Shown piece after piece: positions 19,079-28,843 of a stretch of 64,000 nt of DNA (its first letter is position 1; each line of letters begins with the position of its first letter). Both the position numbers and the translations under genes were made by a program. The stretch is taken from contig JBGTLG010000005.1 in assembly GCA_041744215.1 (NCBI GenBank), positions 1-64,000 of the forward strand, in the 5' to 3' direction. Under the pieces are notes generated by a model. It saw only the letters and a list, made by a program, of their open reading frames with translations. It made no database searches and was not told where the DNA came from. The stretch is from Fimbriimonadales bacterium. GTDB taxonomy: Bacteria > Armatimonadota > Fimbriimonadia > Fimbriimonadales > ATM1.

Positions 19079-22000
19079 TTGGCGTTCGCTTTGAACAACG
19101 GACGCGCGTTTCTCGATGCCCTCGCCGAGCGGGTCTTAGTTTGCGACGGAGCAGTCGGGACTCAGATTCAAGCGGCAGAGCTTTCTTTAGAAGATTTCAA
19201 CGGCCTTGACGGCTGCAATGAGATCCTCAATGTTACGCGTCCGGATGTTATCCGTCGAATACACCAGGCTTATGTTGAAGCTGGTGCGGACATCATCGAG
19301 ACAAACACGTTTGGATCGATTCCTTGGGTGTTGGACGAGTACGAGATTGGAGAATGCACGCATGAGTTGAGTCTCGCAGCAGCAAAGATCGCGAGGGAAG
19401 TCGCGGATGAGAGCGGCGCATTCGTGTTCGGCGCAATTGGGCCCGGGACCAAGCTCGGCTTGCTGGGGCAGATTTCATTCGACTCGGTGGAGTCTGGCTA
19501 CTGCGAGTCATTCAAGGGATTGCTCTTAGGCGGTTCCGACGCGCTATTGCTCGAAACGCAGCAAGACATGCTCAACATGAAGGCTGGCGTGGTTGGGGCG
19601 CACCGTGCGATGGAGGAGACGGGGATTGATGTGCCTTTGTTTGTTCAGGTAACGATGGAACAGACTGGCACGATGCTTTTGGGGAGCGAGATTGGCGCTG
19701 CTGTCAACTATCTGGAGTGCTTTTCTAAGATCGCGGGCATTGGCATCAACTGCGCGACCGGGCCCGAGGAGATGCAGCCGCATGTCCGATTTTTGTCGCA
19801 GTATTCGACTCGAGAGATTAGTGTGATGCCGAACGCGGGGTTGCCGGTGATGGAAGGAGGAGTTGGTGTTTACAAACTCACGCCTACTGAGCTGGCGAGT
19901 TATCACAAAAAGTTCGTTGAAGAGTTTGGCGTTTCGATAGTGGGCGGTTGTTGCGGAACCACTCCCGATCATATTCGCGCGGTGTCTGCTGCAATCAAGG
20001 GGGTCACTCGGGCAGAGAGGTCGCCTGAGAAGCTCATCGGGTGCTCATCCCTCTATCAGTTTCAACCGTACGACCAGTCGCCGTCTTTCCTCATTGTTGG
20101 CGAGAAGACGAACGCTAATGGGAGCCGCGCATTCCGTGACGCGCTGGCGGCACAAGACATGGACTTGTTGGTCGGCGTCGCGCGAGAGCAGGAGCGAGAA
20201 GGGTCGCATGTATTGGATGTTTGTGCGGCTTACGTTGGACGCGACGAAGTTGCAGACATGGACGCATTGCTTTTTCAGTACGCGCAGCAGGTGACGATTC
20301 CATTGATGATCGACACTACCGAGTGGCAGGTTGCGGAGTCTGCGTTGAAGCGAGTTCCTGGAAAGGCTCTGATTAACTCGATTCACTTTGAAGATGGCGG
20401 CGAGCGCTTGCACCGCGTCCTCAGTCTTGCGCGCAAGTACGGCGCAGGCGTCGTCGCGCTGACAATCGATGAAGAGGGTATGGCGAAATCGAGAGACGGG
20501 AAGCTCGCCATCGCCGAGAGAATCCTCCAGGAAACGAGGGCGTACGGAGTGGCAGATGAAGACGTCTTTTTCGATTGTCTCACTTTCACGCTTGGGTCAG
20601 GGGACGAGGAGTTCCGTAAGGCTGGGATCGAAACAATTGAGGCCATACGCGGTTTGAAGCAGATTGCACCGAGGGCAAACACAATTCTCGGGATCAGCAA
20701 CATATCTTTTGGTCTAAAGCCTGCAGCGCGACATGTGCTGAACTCTGTTTTTCTGCACTACGCACGTGACGCTGGTTTATCGAGCGCAATTGTCCACGCG
20801 GGGCGAATCATGCCGGAGAGCCGTGTGGATCCCGAAGTTTGGGAGATTGCCCGTCAGCTGGTCTTTGATGAACGTGGCGAAGGATATGACCCGCTCATTT
20901 CGTTCATGTCTCAGTTTGAGAACATAACGGCGACGAAAGCATCCGAGAGCGAAATGGATGCACTTTCGGTTGAGGATCGGCTGAAGCGGCATATCATTGA
21001 CGGTATCAAGATCGACTTGACGAAAAACTTGGATCTCGCGCTGGCGCACCACGCCCCAATCGACATCATAAACAATGTATTGCTCGACGGAATGAAAGTA
21101 GTCGGCGAGCTGTTTGGTGCGGGAAAGATGCAGTTACCGTTCGTGTTGCAAAGCGCCGAGGTGATGAAGGCAGCAGTACGCTATCTGGAACCGATGATGG
21201 ACAGAGTCGAGGGCGATGAACGTGGCTCGATTCTACTTGCGACTGTGGCCGGAGACGTGCATGATATCGGGAAGAATCTTGTTGACATCATCCTCTCTAA
21301 CAATGGATATCGTGTTGTCAATATAGGCATTAAGCAACCGATCGGAAACATACTCTCACAGGCTGAGGAGCATAAGTGCGAGGTGATTGGGATGAGTGGG
21401 CTGCTCGTGAAGAGTACGGTGATCATGAAGGAAAACTTGATTGAGATGAATGATCGGAATCTCGAGAAGTTTCCGGTGATTTTAGGCGGTGCCGCGTTGA
21501 CTCGTGCCTATGTTGAGGAAGACTTGAGAAGAGTTTACAACGGGCAGCTTTTCTATGCTCAGGATGCCTTTGAAGGTCTCAAGCTGATGGGTGATATCGC
21601 TGCAGGCACGACTGTTGTCGCTGATTTAGACGATAGCGCCATGCCGCGCAGGGTTTCCAGCCACCGCTTACCGGATTCAGATCCAGAATTGTATAGGTTC
21701 ACCGGTGAGAAAAGCGACGTCGCGACAGATATTGAGATTCCACGCCCGCCATTTTTCGGTTGCAAATCGGTTGCCGATATCTCGCCGGACGAAATCTATC
21801 CGTACATCAACGAGATTGCGCTGTTCCGGGGCCAGTGGGGGTTCAAGCGTCCTAAGGATATGGACAACCTTGCATTCAACGACTATTTGGAAGAGATGGC
21901 GCGTCCTGCGTTTGATCGCATGAAAGCAGAACTCCGCGAAGTATTGAAACCAAAGGTAGTTTATGGATACTTCCCGGCACAGTCGTGCGGAAACGATCTG

Positions 22001-22528
22001 ATCGTGTATTCTGAGGGTGGTGGGCGCGAGTTGGGAAGATTGAGGTTCCCGCGGCAATCAGACGGACGAAGGCTATGCATCGCTGATTTCTTCGCATCAA
22101 CAGACAGCGGACGTATGGATGTCGTCGCGTTTCACTTGGTGACCGTCGGCGAGAAAATCTCCGAGCTAGAACGCAATAAGTTTGAACTCGGAGAGTTCCA
22201 AGATTACTTGTACATTCATGGCATGGGGGTCGAGTCGGCGGAAGCTCTCGCTGAGTATTGGCACAAGAAGATTCGAGAGGAACTGGGCGTTGCAGATGAC
22301 GACGCCGCAGAGATTCGGCTTTTGTTCAGTACTAAGTATCGAGGCTGCCGCTACTCGTTCGGTTACCCTGCATGTCCCAATCTGGAAGATCAGAAACTGC
22401 TGTTCGACTTCTTGCGGCCCGAGCAGATTGGGGTTGAGCTAACAGAAGAGTACATGCTGGTGCCCGAGCAATCGACTAGCGCTATCATCTGCCACCATCC
22501 GGAGGCCAAGTACTTCAACATTCGATAA
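19079..22528 (+). CDS. metH: B12-dependent methionine synthase
   Basis: GINCATGP, GGCCGTTP, GEKTNANGS, DVHDIGKN, RYSFGYPACP; start uncertain by a few codons. Confidence 0.98.
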   Translation: MAFALNNGRAFLDALAERVLVCDGAVGTQIQAAELSLEDFNGLDGCNEILNVTRPDVIRRIHQAYVEAGADIIETNTFGSIPWVLDEYEIGECTHELSLAAAKIAREVADESGAFVFGAIGPGTKLGLLGQISFDSVESGYCESFKGLLLGGSDALLLETQQDMLNMKAGVVGAHRAMEETGIDVPLFVQVTMEQTGTMLLGSEIGAAVNYLECFSKIAGIGINCATGPEEMQPHVRFLSQYSTREISVMPNAGLPVMEGGVGVYKLTPTELASYHKKFVEEFGVSIVGGCCGTTPDHIRAVSAAIKGVTRAERSPEKLIGCSSLYQFQPYDQSPSFLIVGEKTNANGSRAFRDALAAQDMDLLVGVAREQEREGSHVLDVCAAYVGRDEVADMDALLFQYAQQVTIPLMIDTTEWQVAESALKRVPGKALINSIHFEDGGERLHRVLSLARKYGAGVVALTIDEEGMAKSRDGKLAIAERILQETRAYGVADEDVFFDCLTFTLGSGDEEFRKAGIETIEAIRGLKQIAPRANTILGISNISFGLKPAARHVLNSVFLHYARDAGLSSAIVHAGRIMPESRVDPEVWEIARQLVFDERGEGYDPLISFMSQFENITATKASESEMDALSVEDRLKRHIIDGIKIDLTKNLDLALAHHAPIDIINNVLLDGMKVVGELFGAGKMQLPFVLQSAEVMKAAVRYLEPMMDRVEGDERGSILLATVAGDVHDIGKNLVDIILSNNGYRVVNIGIKQPIGNILSQAEEHKCEVIGMSGLLVKSTVIMKENLIEMNDRNLEKFPVILGGAALTRAYVEEDLRRVYNGQLFYAQDAFEGLKLMGDIAAGTTVVADLDDSAMPRRVSSHRLPDSDPELYRFTGEKSDVATDIEIPRPPFFGCKSVADISPDEIYPYINEIALFRGQWGFKRPKDMDNLAFNDYLEEMARPAFDRMKAELREVLKPKVVYGYFPAQSCGNDLIVYSEGGGRELGRLRFPRQSDGRRLCIADFFASTDSGRMDVVAFHLVTVGEKISELERNKFELGEFQDYLYIHGMGVESAEALAEYWHKKIREELGVADDDAAEIRLLFSTKYRGCRYSFGYPACPNLEDQKLLFDFLRPEQIGVELTEEYMLVPEQSTSAIICHHPEAKYFNIR

Positions 22529-22588
22529 TGGGCCAAACGTCCTGGGGTGCAAAAAGTTGGGTAGCCTTCGCGACGGAAGAACAAACAT

Positions 22589-23113
22589 ATGAATTGGGAA
22601 GAATCGCCTGCGCCCGCCAATAGTGAAAAGCCGGTCAATCCGGCCTCCGACAAGATCGTTGGGATCCTAGCGACTGTAGTTTATGGAATCTGCTGTGTCA
22701 TGCAAGGGGTCGGCTTGGCGTTCGGCGCTGCTGCGAGCGGCGGTCAAGCGGCTCCCGAAGTAACTCCTACTCAATATGCATTGCTTGTCGCAAGCCTCGT
22801 TGTTGCCCTCGCTGCGCTTGCGTCCGGCATTATGGTGATCATGAGTAAAGCGAGAGGATTTCTGCTCGGTGCAGCCGCAATGATCGCATCTCTCGCCATT
22901 AACGTGTATTCAATGACGCAGATACCGATGCAGGCGAAACTGGCGATGGATCAGGCGGCCCAACAATCGACTAAAAGTGGGCAGCCGATGCCTGATAACT
23001 TTGTCGGCATTATGACTACCTCAATGTTTGCAATGGGGGCCGTTGTGATTCTCATTAACGTGCTCTATCTGGCTTACTGTGGCTCGCGGTGGTCCCAAGT
23101 TAAGAGAGGGTGA
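22589..23113 (+). CDS. Hypothetical membrane protein (4 TM)
   Basis: 174-aa ORF with four hydrophobic helices. Confidence 0.7.
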   Translation: MNWEESPAPANSEKPVNPASDKIVGILATVVYGICCVMQGVGLAFGAAASGGQAAPEVTPTQYALLVASLVVALAALASGIMVIMSKARGFLLGAAAMIASLAINVYSMTQIPMQAKLAMDQAAQQSTKSGQPMPDNFVGIMTTSMFAMGAVVILINVLYLAYCGSRWSQVKRG

Positions 23114-23120
23114 GTTGTCT

Positions 23121-23936
23121 GTGCGCATAATCTGTGTTTGTGTTTTCCTGTTGTGTACGTCGCCGCTTTTCCCTGGACCGCGCCCTCAAGGGAGTTCGTC
23201 GCTGGTGGAACAGTTGTCTGCTCTGGGCGAGGCTGGCGTTGAGAGGCTGATTCGTCTCTCGCTCGAATCGCCAATGTCGATACGCGAAGCGGCTATCAAG
23301 TCGTTGGCAAAGTTGGGCAGCCTCCGTGCGGTTGAGCCATTGCAGCGACTTGCTGCGGATCCGGCATCCCCGGTTCGATCCGCTGCAAGCTGGGCACTGG
23401 TCGAACTGATGGCATTTGATCCCGCTAGAGATTGGGTCGCGGCGCGGGCTGTCGAGGAACTCGGGCAACCCGCAGGAGCGTTTCTGATCGGCGCTTTGAC
23501 TCACAAAGATCGCAACGTGCGCTATCGCGCGGCGGCGATCCTTGGAAGAATGGCGGAACGACGAGCGCTCAATGCGCTGACGCAATTGCTTTCGGACACT
23601 GATGCGCTCGTTCGGAGGCATGCAACAGTCGCGCTCGGGTTCATTCGTGATGCAGCTGCTGCTCCGAATCTCATTCGTGCGATGTCGGATCGCGACAAGG
23701 TTGTGCGAGAGAATGCGATCTGGGCACTTGGCATGATGAGAGCCGAGTCTGCGGTCGAAGCGATTTCAAAGAGTTTATCGAGCGATGAGCGCGCTTTACG
23801 CTTTAGAGCCGTCAACGCGCTCGCTGAAATCGGCGGAGATGCTGCCATTCAAGCCATCAAGTCCGTGATAGCAGATCTCGACCCAGTGATTTCAGAGGCC
23901 GCTCGAAACGCTCTTCGCAGACTGAGCGCTCGTTAG
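23121..23936 (+). CDS. HEAT/PBS-lyase repeat protein
   Basis: Repeated D...VR..AA..LG units; hydrophobic N-terminus; start approximate. Confidence 0.85.
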   Translation: MRIICVCVFLLCTSPLFPGPRPQGSSSLVEQLSALGEAGVERLIRLSLESPMSIREAAIKSLAKLGSLRAVEPLQRLAADPASPVRSAASWALVELMAFDPARDWVAARAVEELGQPAGAFLIGALTHKDRNVRYRAAAILGRMAERRALNALTQLLSDTDALVRRHATVALGFIRDAAAAPNLIRAMSDRDKVVRENAIWALGMMRAESAVEAISKSLSSDERALRFRAVNALAEIGGDAAIQAIKSVIADLDPVISEAARNALRRLSAR

Positions 23937-24424
23937 GCTCCGTGCTCTCCTTCCGGCGTAGGGAGCAACGGCTCTGCCTGGAACATATTGATGCCGCTTT
24001 TGACCAGGGCGACCAGCTTTTCCATCAGGTTCTCTTCCTCAATCTGCTCGCTAATGAACCATTGCAGAAACTGCAGCGACGTGTGGTCTTTGTCTTTGAA
24101 TGCCTGATCTGCCATGTCGTGGATCTGCTTAGTGACCTCCCGCTCCCAGTCGAGCGATGCTTTGACCGGGTCAAGATCGTTCTTGAAATCGCTCGTTGCT
24201 GCTTCTGTCGGGGGAACTATGGGCCGGGAGTCTACGGAGACCAAGAAGTCGACGATCTTCATGGCGTGGAATCTCTCTTCGTCGGATTGCCGTCGGAAAA
24301 ACGCGCCCCATCCGTCAAGTTGCTTCAGGTGGAAATGGATCGAGATCGCGAGATACTGTTGGCTCGCCTGAAGTTCGTGGCCGATCTGCTCGTTGAGCAT
24401 CTTTGCAAGCTGTTTGCTAATCAT
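23933..24424 (-). CDS. ftnA: Ferritin
   Basis: LNEQIGHE, EERFHAMK, FLQWFISEQIEEE ferroxidase residues. Confidence 0.92.
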   Translation of the reverse strand: MISKQLAKMLNEQIGHELQASQQYLAISIHFHLKQLDGWGAFFRRQSDEERFHAMKIVDFLVSVDSRPIVPPTEAATSDFKNDLDPVKASLDWEREVTKQIHDMADQAFKDKDHTSLQFLQWFISEQIEEENLMEKLVALVKSGINMFQAEPLLPTPEGEHGA

Positions 24425-24465
24425 GTACTCAAATATAGCCCAAACAAACGGGTATGTTCTCGTCT

Positions 24466-25497
24466 ATGAAGGTGTTGGTGCTCGGTGGAACTCGATTCAT
24501 CGGCCCTCCCGTAGTCAGGCGCCTTCTCGCAGTTGGATGCGAGGTGACGCGTTTTCATCGCGGCAAAACACCAGGAGCTGGCGACACCGGAAGTAGGACA
24601 ATCCTGGGTGATCGGAGGCCACTGACACCGCATATTGACTTGTTGAGAGAGGAAGCGCCCGATGTCGTGCTCGATATGATCGCTCTCACTGAAGAGGATG
24701 GCCGACAGATGATGGACGCGTTCCGCGGAATCGCGAAGCGAGTGGTCGTGATCAGCTCAATGGACGTCTACCAAGTGTTTGGGCGCATGCTTGGCTCTGA
24801 GCCCGGGGGAGCGACTGATGAGATTGTAACTGAGGAGTCGCCATTGCGAACAAAGTGGTATCCCTATCGCGGTGAAGTGCCTCGCGCGGACGACGATCCT
24901 CAAAAGGTGCTTGACGACTACGATAAGATTCCGATGGAGCGGTTCGTCCTTGGCGATCCCGACCTCCCCGGGACGGTGCTCCGTTTGCCCATGGTGTACG
25001 GGCCAGGCGATTATCAGCACCGACTCTATGAATATGTAAAGCGCATGCGCGATGGGCGCAGTTTCATCGTCATTCAAAACAGTTTCGCTTCGTGGCGAAC
25101 GACGAGAGGATATGTAGAGGACGTCGCGGACGGAATTTTTCGGGCTGTAGTCGATGATCGTGCAGCGGGTCAAGTATTCAACATCGCGGACCCGACGTTT
25201 TATCGAGAGGCCGAGTGGATTCGGCTGATAGGCGACGCCCTTGGCTGGAGCGGTGAGATCATTGAGCTGCCTGAGGAGGCGCTTCCTGCGCCTATGCGAG
25301 TTCAGTTTGACCCGCGGCAACACCTGACGGTCGATTCATCAAAGATAAGGCGGATACTCAATTGGGACTCCCGCACGGACCCTAAGGCGGCTATTCGCGC
25401 GACTGCGGAGTATGAGCTCGCAAACCCGCCTGGGAACTTTGTTGCGGATTACGCTGCGGAGGACGATCTCGCAAGTTCGACCAAAATGGGAACATGA
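24466..25497 (+). CDS. NAD-dependent epimerase/dehydratase family protein
   Basis: MKVLVLGGTRFIG, ISSMDVY, LRLPMVYGPGD. Confidence 0.88.
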   Translation: MKVLVLGGTRFIGPPVVRRLLAVGCEVTRFHRGKTPGAGDTGSRTILGDRRPLTPHIDLLREEAPDVVLDMIALTEEDGRQMMDAFRGIAKRVVVISSMDVYQVFGRMLGSEPGGATDEIVTEESPLRTKWYPYRGEVPRADDDPQKVLDDYDKIPMERFVLGDPDLPGTVLRLPMVYGPGDYQHRLYEYVKRMRDGRSFIVIQNSFASWRTTRGYVEDVADGIFRAVVDDRAAGQVFNIADPTFYREAEWIRLIGDALGWSGEIIELPEEALPAPMRVQFDPRQHLTVDSSKIRRILNWDSRTDPKAAIRATAEYELANPPGNFVADYAAEDDLASSTKMGT

Positions 25498-26369
25498 TCG
25501 CGCTTTTGCTTCACTTCGTTATCGCTGAGACACCGTGGGCGGAGATTGTCGCGCAAGGGTCGAAGGTGGAACAGGTTGGGAGCGGCTTCAAGTTCATTGA
25601 AGGCCCGGTTTGGACTCGCGCTGGGCTGCTCGTGTTCAGCGACATTGATGGAGACACTCTGTACATTTTTGGCGAAGACAGATCACTTCGACCTTGGCGG
25701 CGCCCATCCAATCGGGCCAACGGCAACGCAGTCGACGCTTTGGGGCGCCTCGTGACTTGTGAGCAAGCCACGCGAAGAGTTACTCGAACTGCGATCGATG
25801 GCAGCGTCTCCGTTTTGGCCGACCGATATCAAGGCAAGAGGTTCAATGCTCCCAACGATGTAGCGATTCGCGCAAACGGCGAGATTTACTTTACGGATCC
25901 GCCCTATGGGATAGAAAAGAGCCAAGAAGAGCTTGGCTACTACGGCATCTTTCGAATCAAAGCGAACGGAAGCGTGGATTTGCTTGCCAAAGACATGCTG
26001 CGGCCAAACGGAATTGCTTTCTCTCCAGACCAGAAGCGGCTTTATGTATCCGACTCCTCTCGGATGCACATGCGGGTTTACGAAGTGAGAGCCGATGGGA
26101 CCCTTGATGGAGGGCGGGTGTTCGCAGATATGAAGGGAACGAAGCCTGGTGTCCCGGACGGTATGGCAATCGATGAGCGAGGCAACATTTATTGCACGGG
26201 CAGCGGCGGAGTACAGGTGTACACACCTTCGGGCAAGCGTCTCGGGACCATTGAAACTCCGGAGATTGCGACAAACTGCACGTTTGGAGGAGCCGACGGC
26301 AAGACACTCTATATAACTGCGCGCAAGAGCCTTTATCGAATCCGTCTGGGAATCGCAGGACTCCGCTAA
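25494..26369 (+). CDS. SMP-30/gluconolactonase family protein
   Basis: EGPVW, NAPND, PNGIAFSPD, PDGMAID, TNCTFGG. Confidence 0.93.
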   Translation: MIALLLHFVIAETPWAEIVAQGSKVEQVGSGFKFIEGPVWTRAGLLVFSDIDGDTLYIFGEDRSLRPWRRPSNRANGNAVDALGRLVTCEQATRRVTRTAIDGSVSVLADRYQGKRFNAPNDVAIRANGEIYFTDPPYGIEKSQEELGYYGIFRIKANGSVDLLAKDMLRPNGIAFSPDQKRLYVSDSSRMHMRVYEVRADGTLDGGRVFADMKGTKPGVPDGMAIDERGNIYCTGSGGVQVYTPSGKRLGTIETPEIATNCTFGGADGKTLYITARKSLYRIRLGIAGLR

Positions 26370-27445
26370 CCCATGCAGTCTGCGAGAAATCGGTGGAACT
26401 GGTGGACGCCGTTCTCGCGCTGCGGTGAGTATCGCCCACGATCATATAGCCGCGAGCGCAATCCTCGCTGCACAAGCTCGACTACGACTTCATCTTCTCG
26501 CTCGACTCTATCCAAAGCGGCTCCAGCACCGCTGCCAATCTTTGATTCATCCCAAACGTATGGAATGAAGGACACCCTTGTTCGGTCATGTGATACCGGC
26601 TTGACGATGTTGATCGAAAGCCCCCAGGGATAGAAGTTAAACATCGTGTTTGGATAAAGCCAGAAATAGTAAGCAGCGATTCTTTGACCGAAGTCAGGCG
26701 AATCAGATGGCAAGTCGAAGGTGTGTTCTCCGTCTGAAGCGGCTCCAATCTGAACATTCCCGGTTTCGAATAGCTCCGATCGATAGGTGCCGTAATCGAG
26801 AGTTGCATTTAGCGCCGCGTGTATGAATGGGATGTGGAATCCCTCCAAGTAGTTGTCAATGTAAAGTGCCCAGTGAGCGTTGATCAGGTAGTCGCGCCGC
26901 CGTGAAGGATCGTACATAAACTCGCGGATCGGCATCCATCCGATTCGCTCCGTCATCGGCTGCAAGTAGTTCTCGATTGTTATCTGTGGGTTCAGAGATG
27001 CAAAATAGAACTGATCCCAAACGCCGAAGGGGACCTTCGGGAGATCGTCGCGCTCGCTTGGGAATCCTGCTACGTCTTCGAACTCAGGCATGAATTGAAA
27101 CTTGCCATCTAGTCCGAAGCGCCTGCCGTGATAGCGGCATCGGAGATACCGCTCATTTCCAGCTGCCTCACAAACAATGTTGCCACGATGCGTGCAGACG
27201 TTCGAAAGGCAACGGACGTTGTCGTCCATGTCCCTTGTCAGCAGCAAAGGTTCGTCAAGGCAGCCATCCAACAGAGTAAAGGGATGGGTTTGCCCGGGCA
27301 CCTTGACCATTTCGGTGTCGCCAATCCACTGCCACGACCGAGCAAAAACCAGATCGAGCGACTCTTCGTATATTGAGCTGTCCACATAGAATCGCGCGGG
27401 CATCGTCTCTGCGAGCGAGATATCGGGATGAATGTGAAAACGCAT
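26366..27445 (-). CDS. Rieske non-heme iron oxygenase alpha subunit (choline monooxygenase-like)
   Basis: CTHRG...CRYHG Rieske motif; DNYLEGFHIPFIH mononuclear iron site. Confidence 0.9.
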   Translation of the reverse strand: MRFHIHPDISLAETMPARFYVDSSIYEESLDLVFARSWQWIGDTEMVKVPGQTHPFTLLDGCLDEPLLLTRDMDDNVRCLSNVCTHRGNIVCEAAGNERYLRCRYHGRRFGLDGKFQFMPEFEDVAGFPSERDDLPKVPFGVWDQFYFASLNPQITIENYLQPMTERIGWMPIREFMYDPSRRRDYLINAHWALYIDNYLEGFHIPFIHAALNATLDYGTYRSELFETGNVQIGAASDGEHTFDLPSDSPDFGQRIAAYYFWLYPNTMFNFYPWGLSINIVKPVSHDRTRVSFIPYVWDESKIGSGAGAALDRVEREDEVVVELVQRGLRSRLYDRGRYSPQRENGVHQFHRFLADCMG

Positions 27446-28788
27446 TAGTTAGCTATCCGGAGCTGCCAACTCTGGTTTGCGACGCAGAGGCCGTTTGTAT
27501 CGAAAGCCTCAATACGAAGCTCGGCTAGGCCGGGCGATAGACCTGCTTTTGCCGCAGTGATCGACCAACTCGGATCAGGTGTACCATCGAAAACCTTCCG
27601 GTCGGCTGCCCAAACGACTAGGCGAGCATCGACTGGTGCGCCGGTCACTCTAAGCACAGACTCGGTGTGGACAATCGTTGTGGAGCCTATCGGCGCAGGT
27701 GGTGTCGTATCGTCACTGCTGGGAAGCTTAGACAGGAAGTGGGGGTTTGAGATTGCCTTTCGATACGCTTCCAACACCCTTGGATGAGACGTTACACTAT
27801 AGTCGTTGTTTCTTCTATGCGAGATTAGCAGCGCGTTCGCGTTGAAGTAGTTGATGCACTTGACTCTTGGATACTTGACGGGCAGCGCAGCGTATAGATC
27901 GGTAATGCACTTTACGGCATAGTCGATGACCGGTCGGTTTTCGAGAGCTGAGAAGTTAGTAACGCCGTACTCGCAGATCATGATCGGCTTTCGACTTGAA
28001 TACGTTCTATAGACCTGGTCCAGCATATCGGTAGGCTTGACATGCATTGCTGGTGTGCGTGGGTTCTGATTGAAGTAGGTGACGTTGTACATGTTAACCC
28101 CGACCCAATCTACATATTCGTCACCCGGGTAGTAATCGTTGATGCTTTCTCTTGGTGTTGTATAGGGGCACCAGACGAGCACGACGTTTGGCGCATGGCG
28201 CTTCATCACTCGGTGCACGATGCGCCACTTTTCAATGTACTTGCGCGGGTTTCCACCGTACGCAACCCAAGCGCCGTTCATCTCGGAGGCGTATCTGAGG
28301 AAAATCGTCGCGCCCGTCTGCGCCATGTCCTTCGCCAGGTTGTTCAGGTACTCGTCATCTCGCACATACTCAAGCCCGTTGTTAGGCTCCAGGGCGATGT
28401 GGACGACTTTCGCTCTCGCCTTTAGCTCTGCGACCCAGTTCTTCGGTAGCGGCCGGCCATAGCCCTGATAGAAGAAATACATGGCGTGCTTCTTCCCGGT
28501 GATCGCATCGAACTCCAGCGGATCTGCGTGCTCTCGGCCGTCGACGGTGCGATACGTAGTTAGCAAGGGGTCCTTGTCTATGTATGCCCCGATCATGCAC
28601 CCCGTTTCCGGCTCAAAGGCGGCGAGTCCCGCCGCGACTGGCTTAGGATTCGAAAAAGTGATGGCGATGTTGACAGGTGCTGGCCTGGGCGGCGTTGCTT
28701 CCGAGCGTGAGCACCCCCCGATGTGAGGCAAAAATCCAACGACGAACAGCAAGGCCGCAAAGCCAATTCGGCATTCCCCTCCGGTCAC
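27445..28788 (-). CDS. Glycoside hydrolase family 26-like lipoprotein
   Basis: LRYASEMNGAW, YYPGDEYVDWVG, PIMICEYG; lipobox-like IGGC. Confidence 0.85.
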   Translation of the reverse strand: MTGGECRIGFAALLFVVGFLPHIGGCSRSEATPPRPAPVNIAITFSNPKPVAAGLAAFEPETGCMIGAYIDKDPLLTTYRTVDGREHADPLEFDAITGKKHAMYFFYQGYGRPLPKNWVAELKARAKVVHIALEPNNGLEYVRDDEYLNNLAKDMAQTGATIFLRYASEMNGAWVAYGGNPRKYIEKWRIVHRVMKRHAPNVVLVWCPYTTPRESINDYYPGDEYVDWVGVNMYNVTYFNQNPRTPAMHVKPTDMLDQVYRTYSSRKPIMICEYGVTNFSALENRPVIDYAVKCITDLYAALPVKYPRVKCINYFNANALLISHRRNNDYSVTSHPRVLEAYRKAISNPHFLSKLPSSDDTTPPAPIGSTTIVHTESVLRVTGAPVDARLVVWAADRKVFDGTPDPSWSITAAKAGLSPGLAELRIEAFDTNGLCVANQSWQLRIAN

Positions 28789-28843
28789 GCCGGAAGAATA
28801 CCATGCCGTCCGGGTAAAAGACTAATAGTATTCAGGAGCCGCA

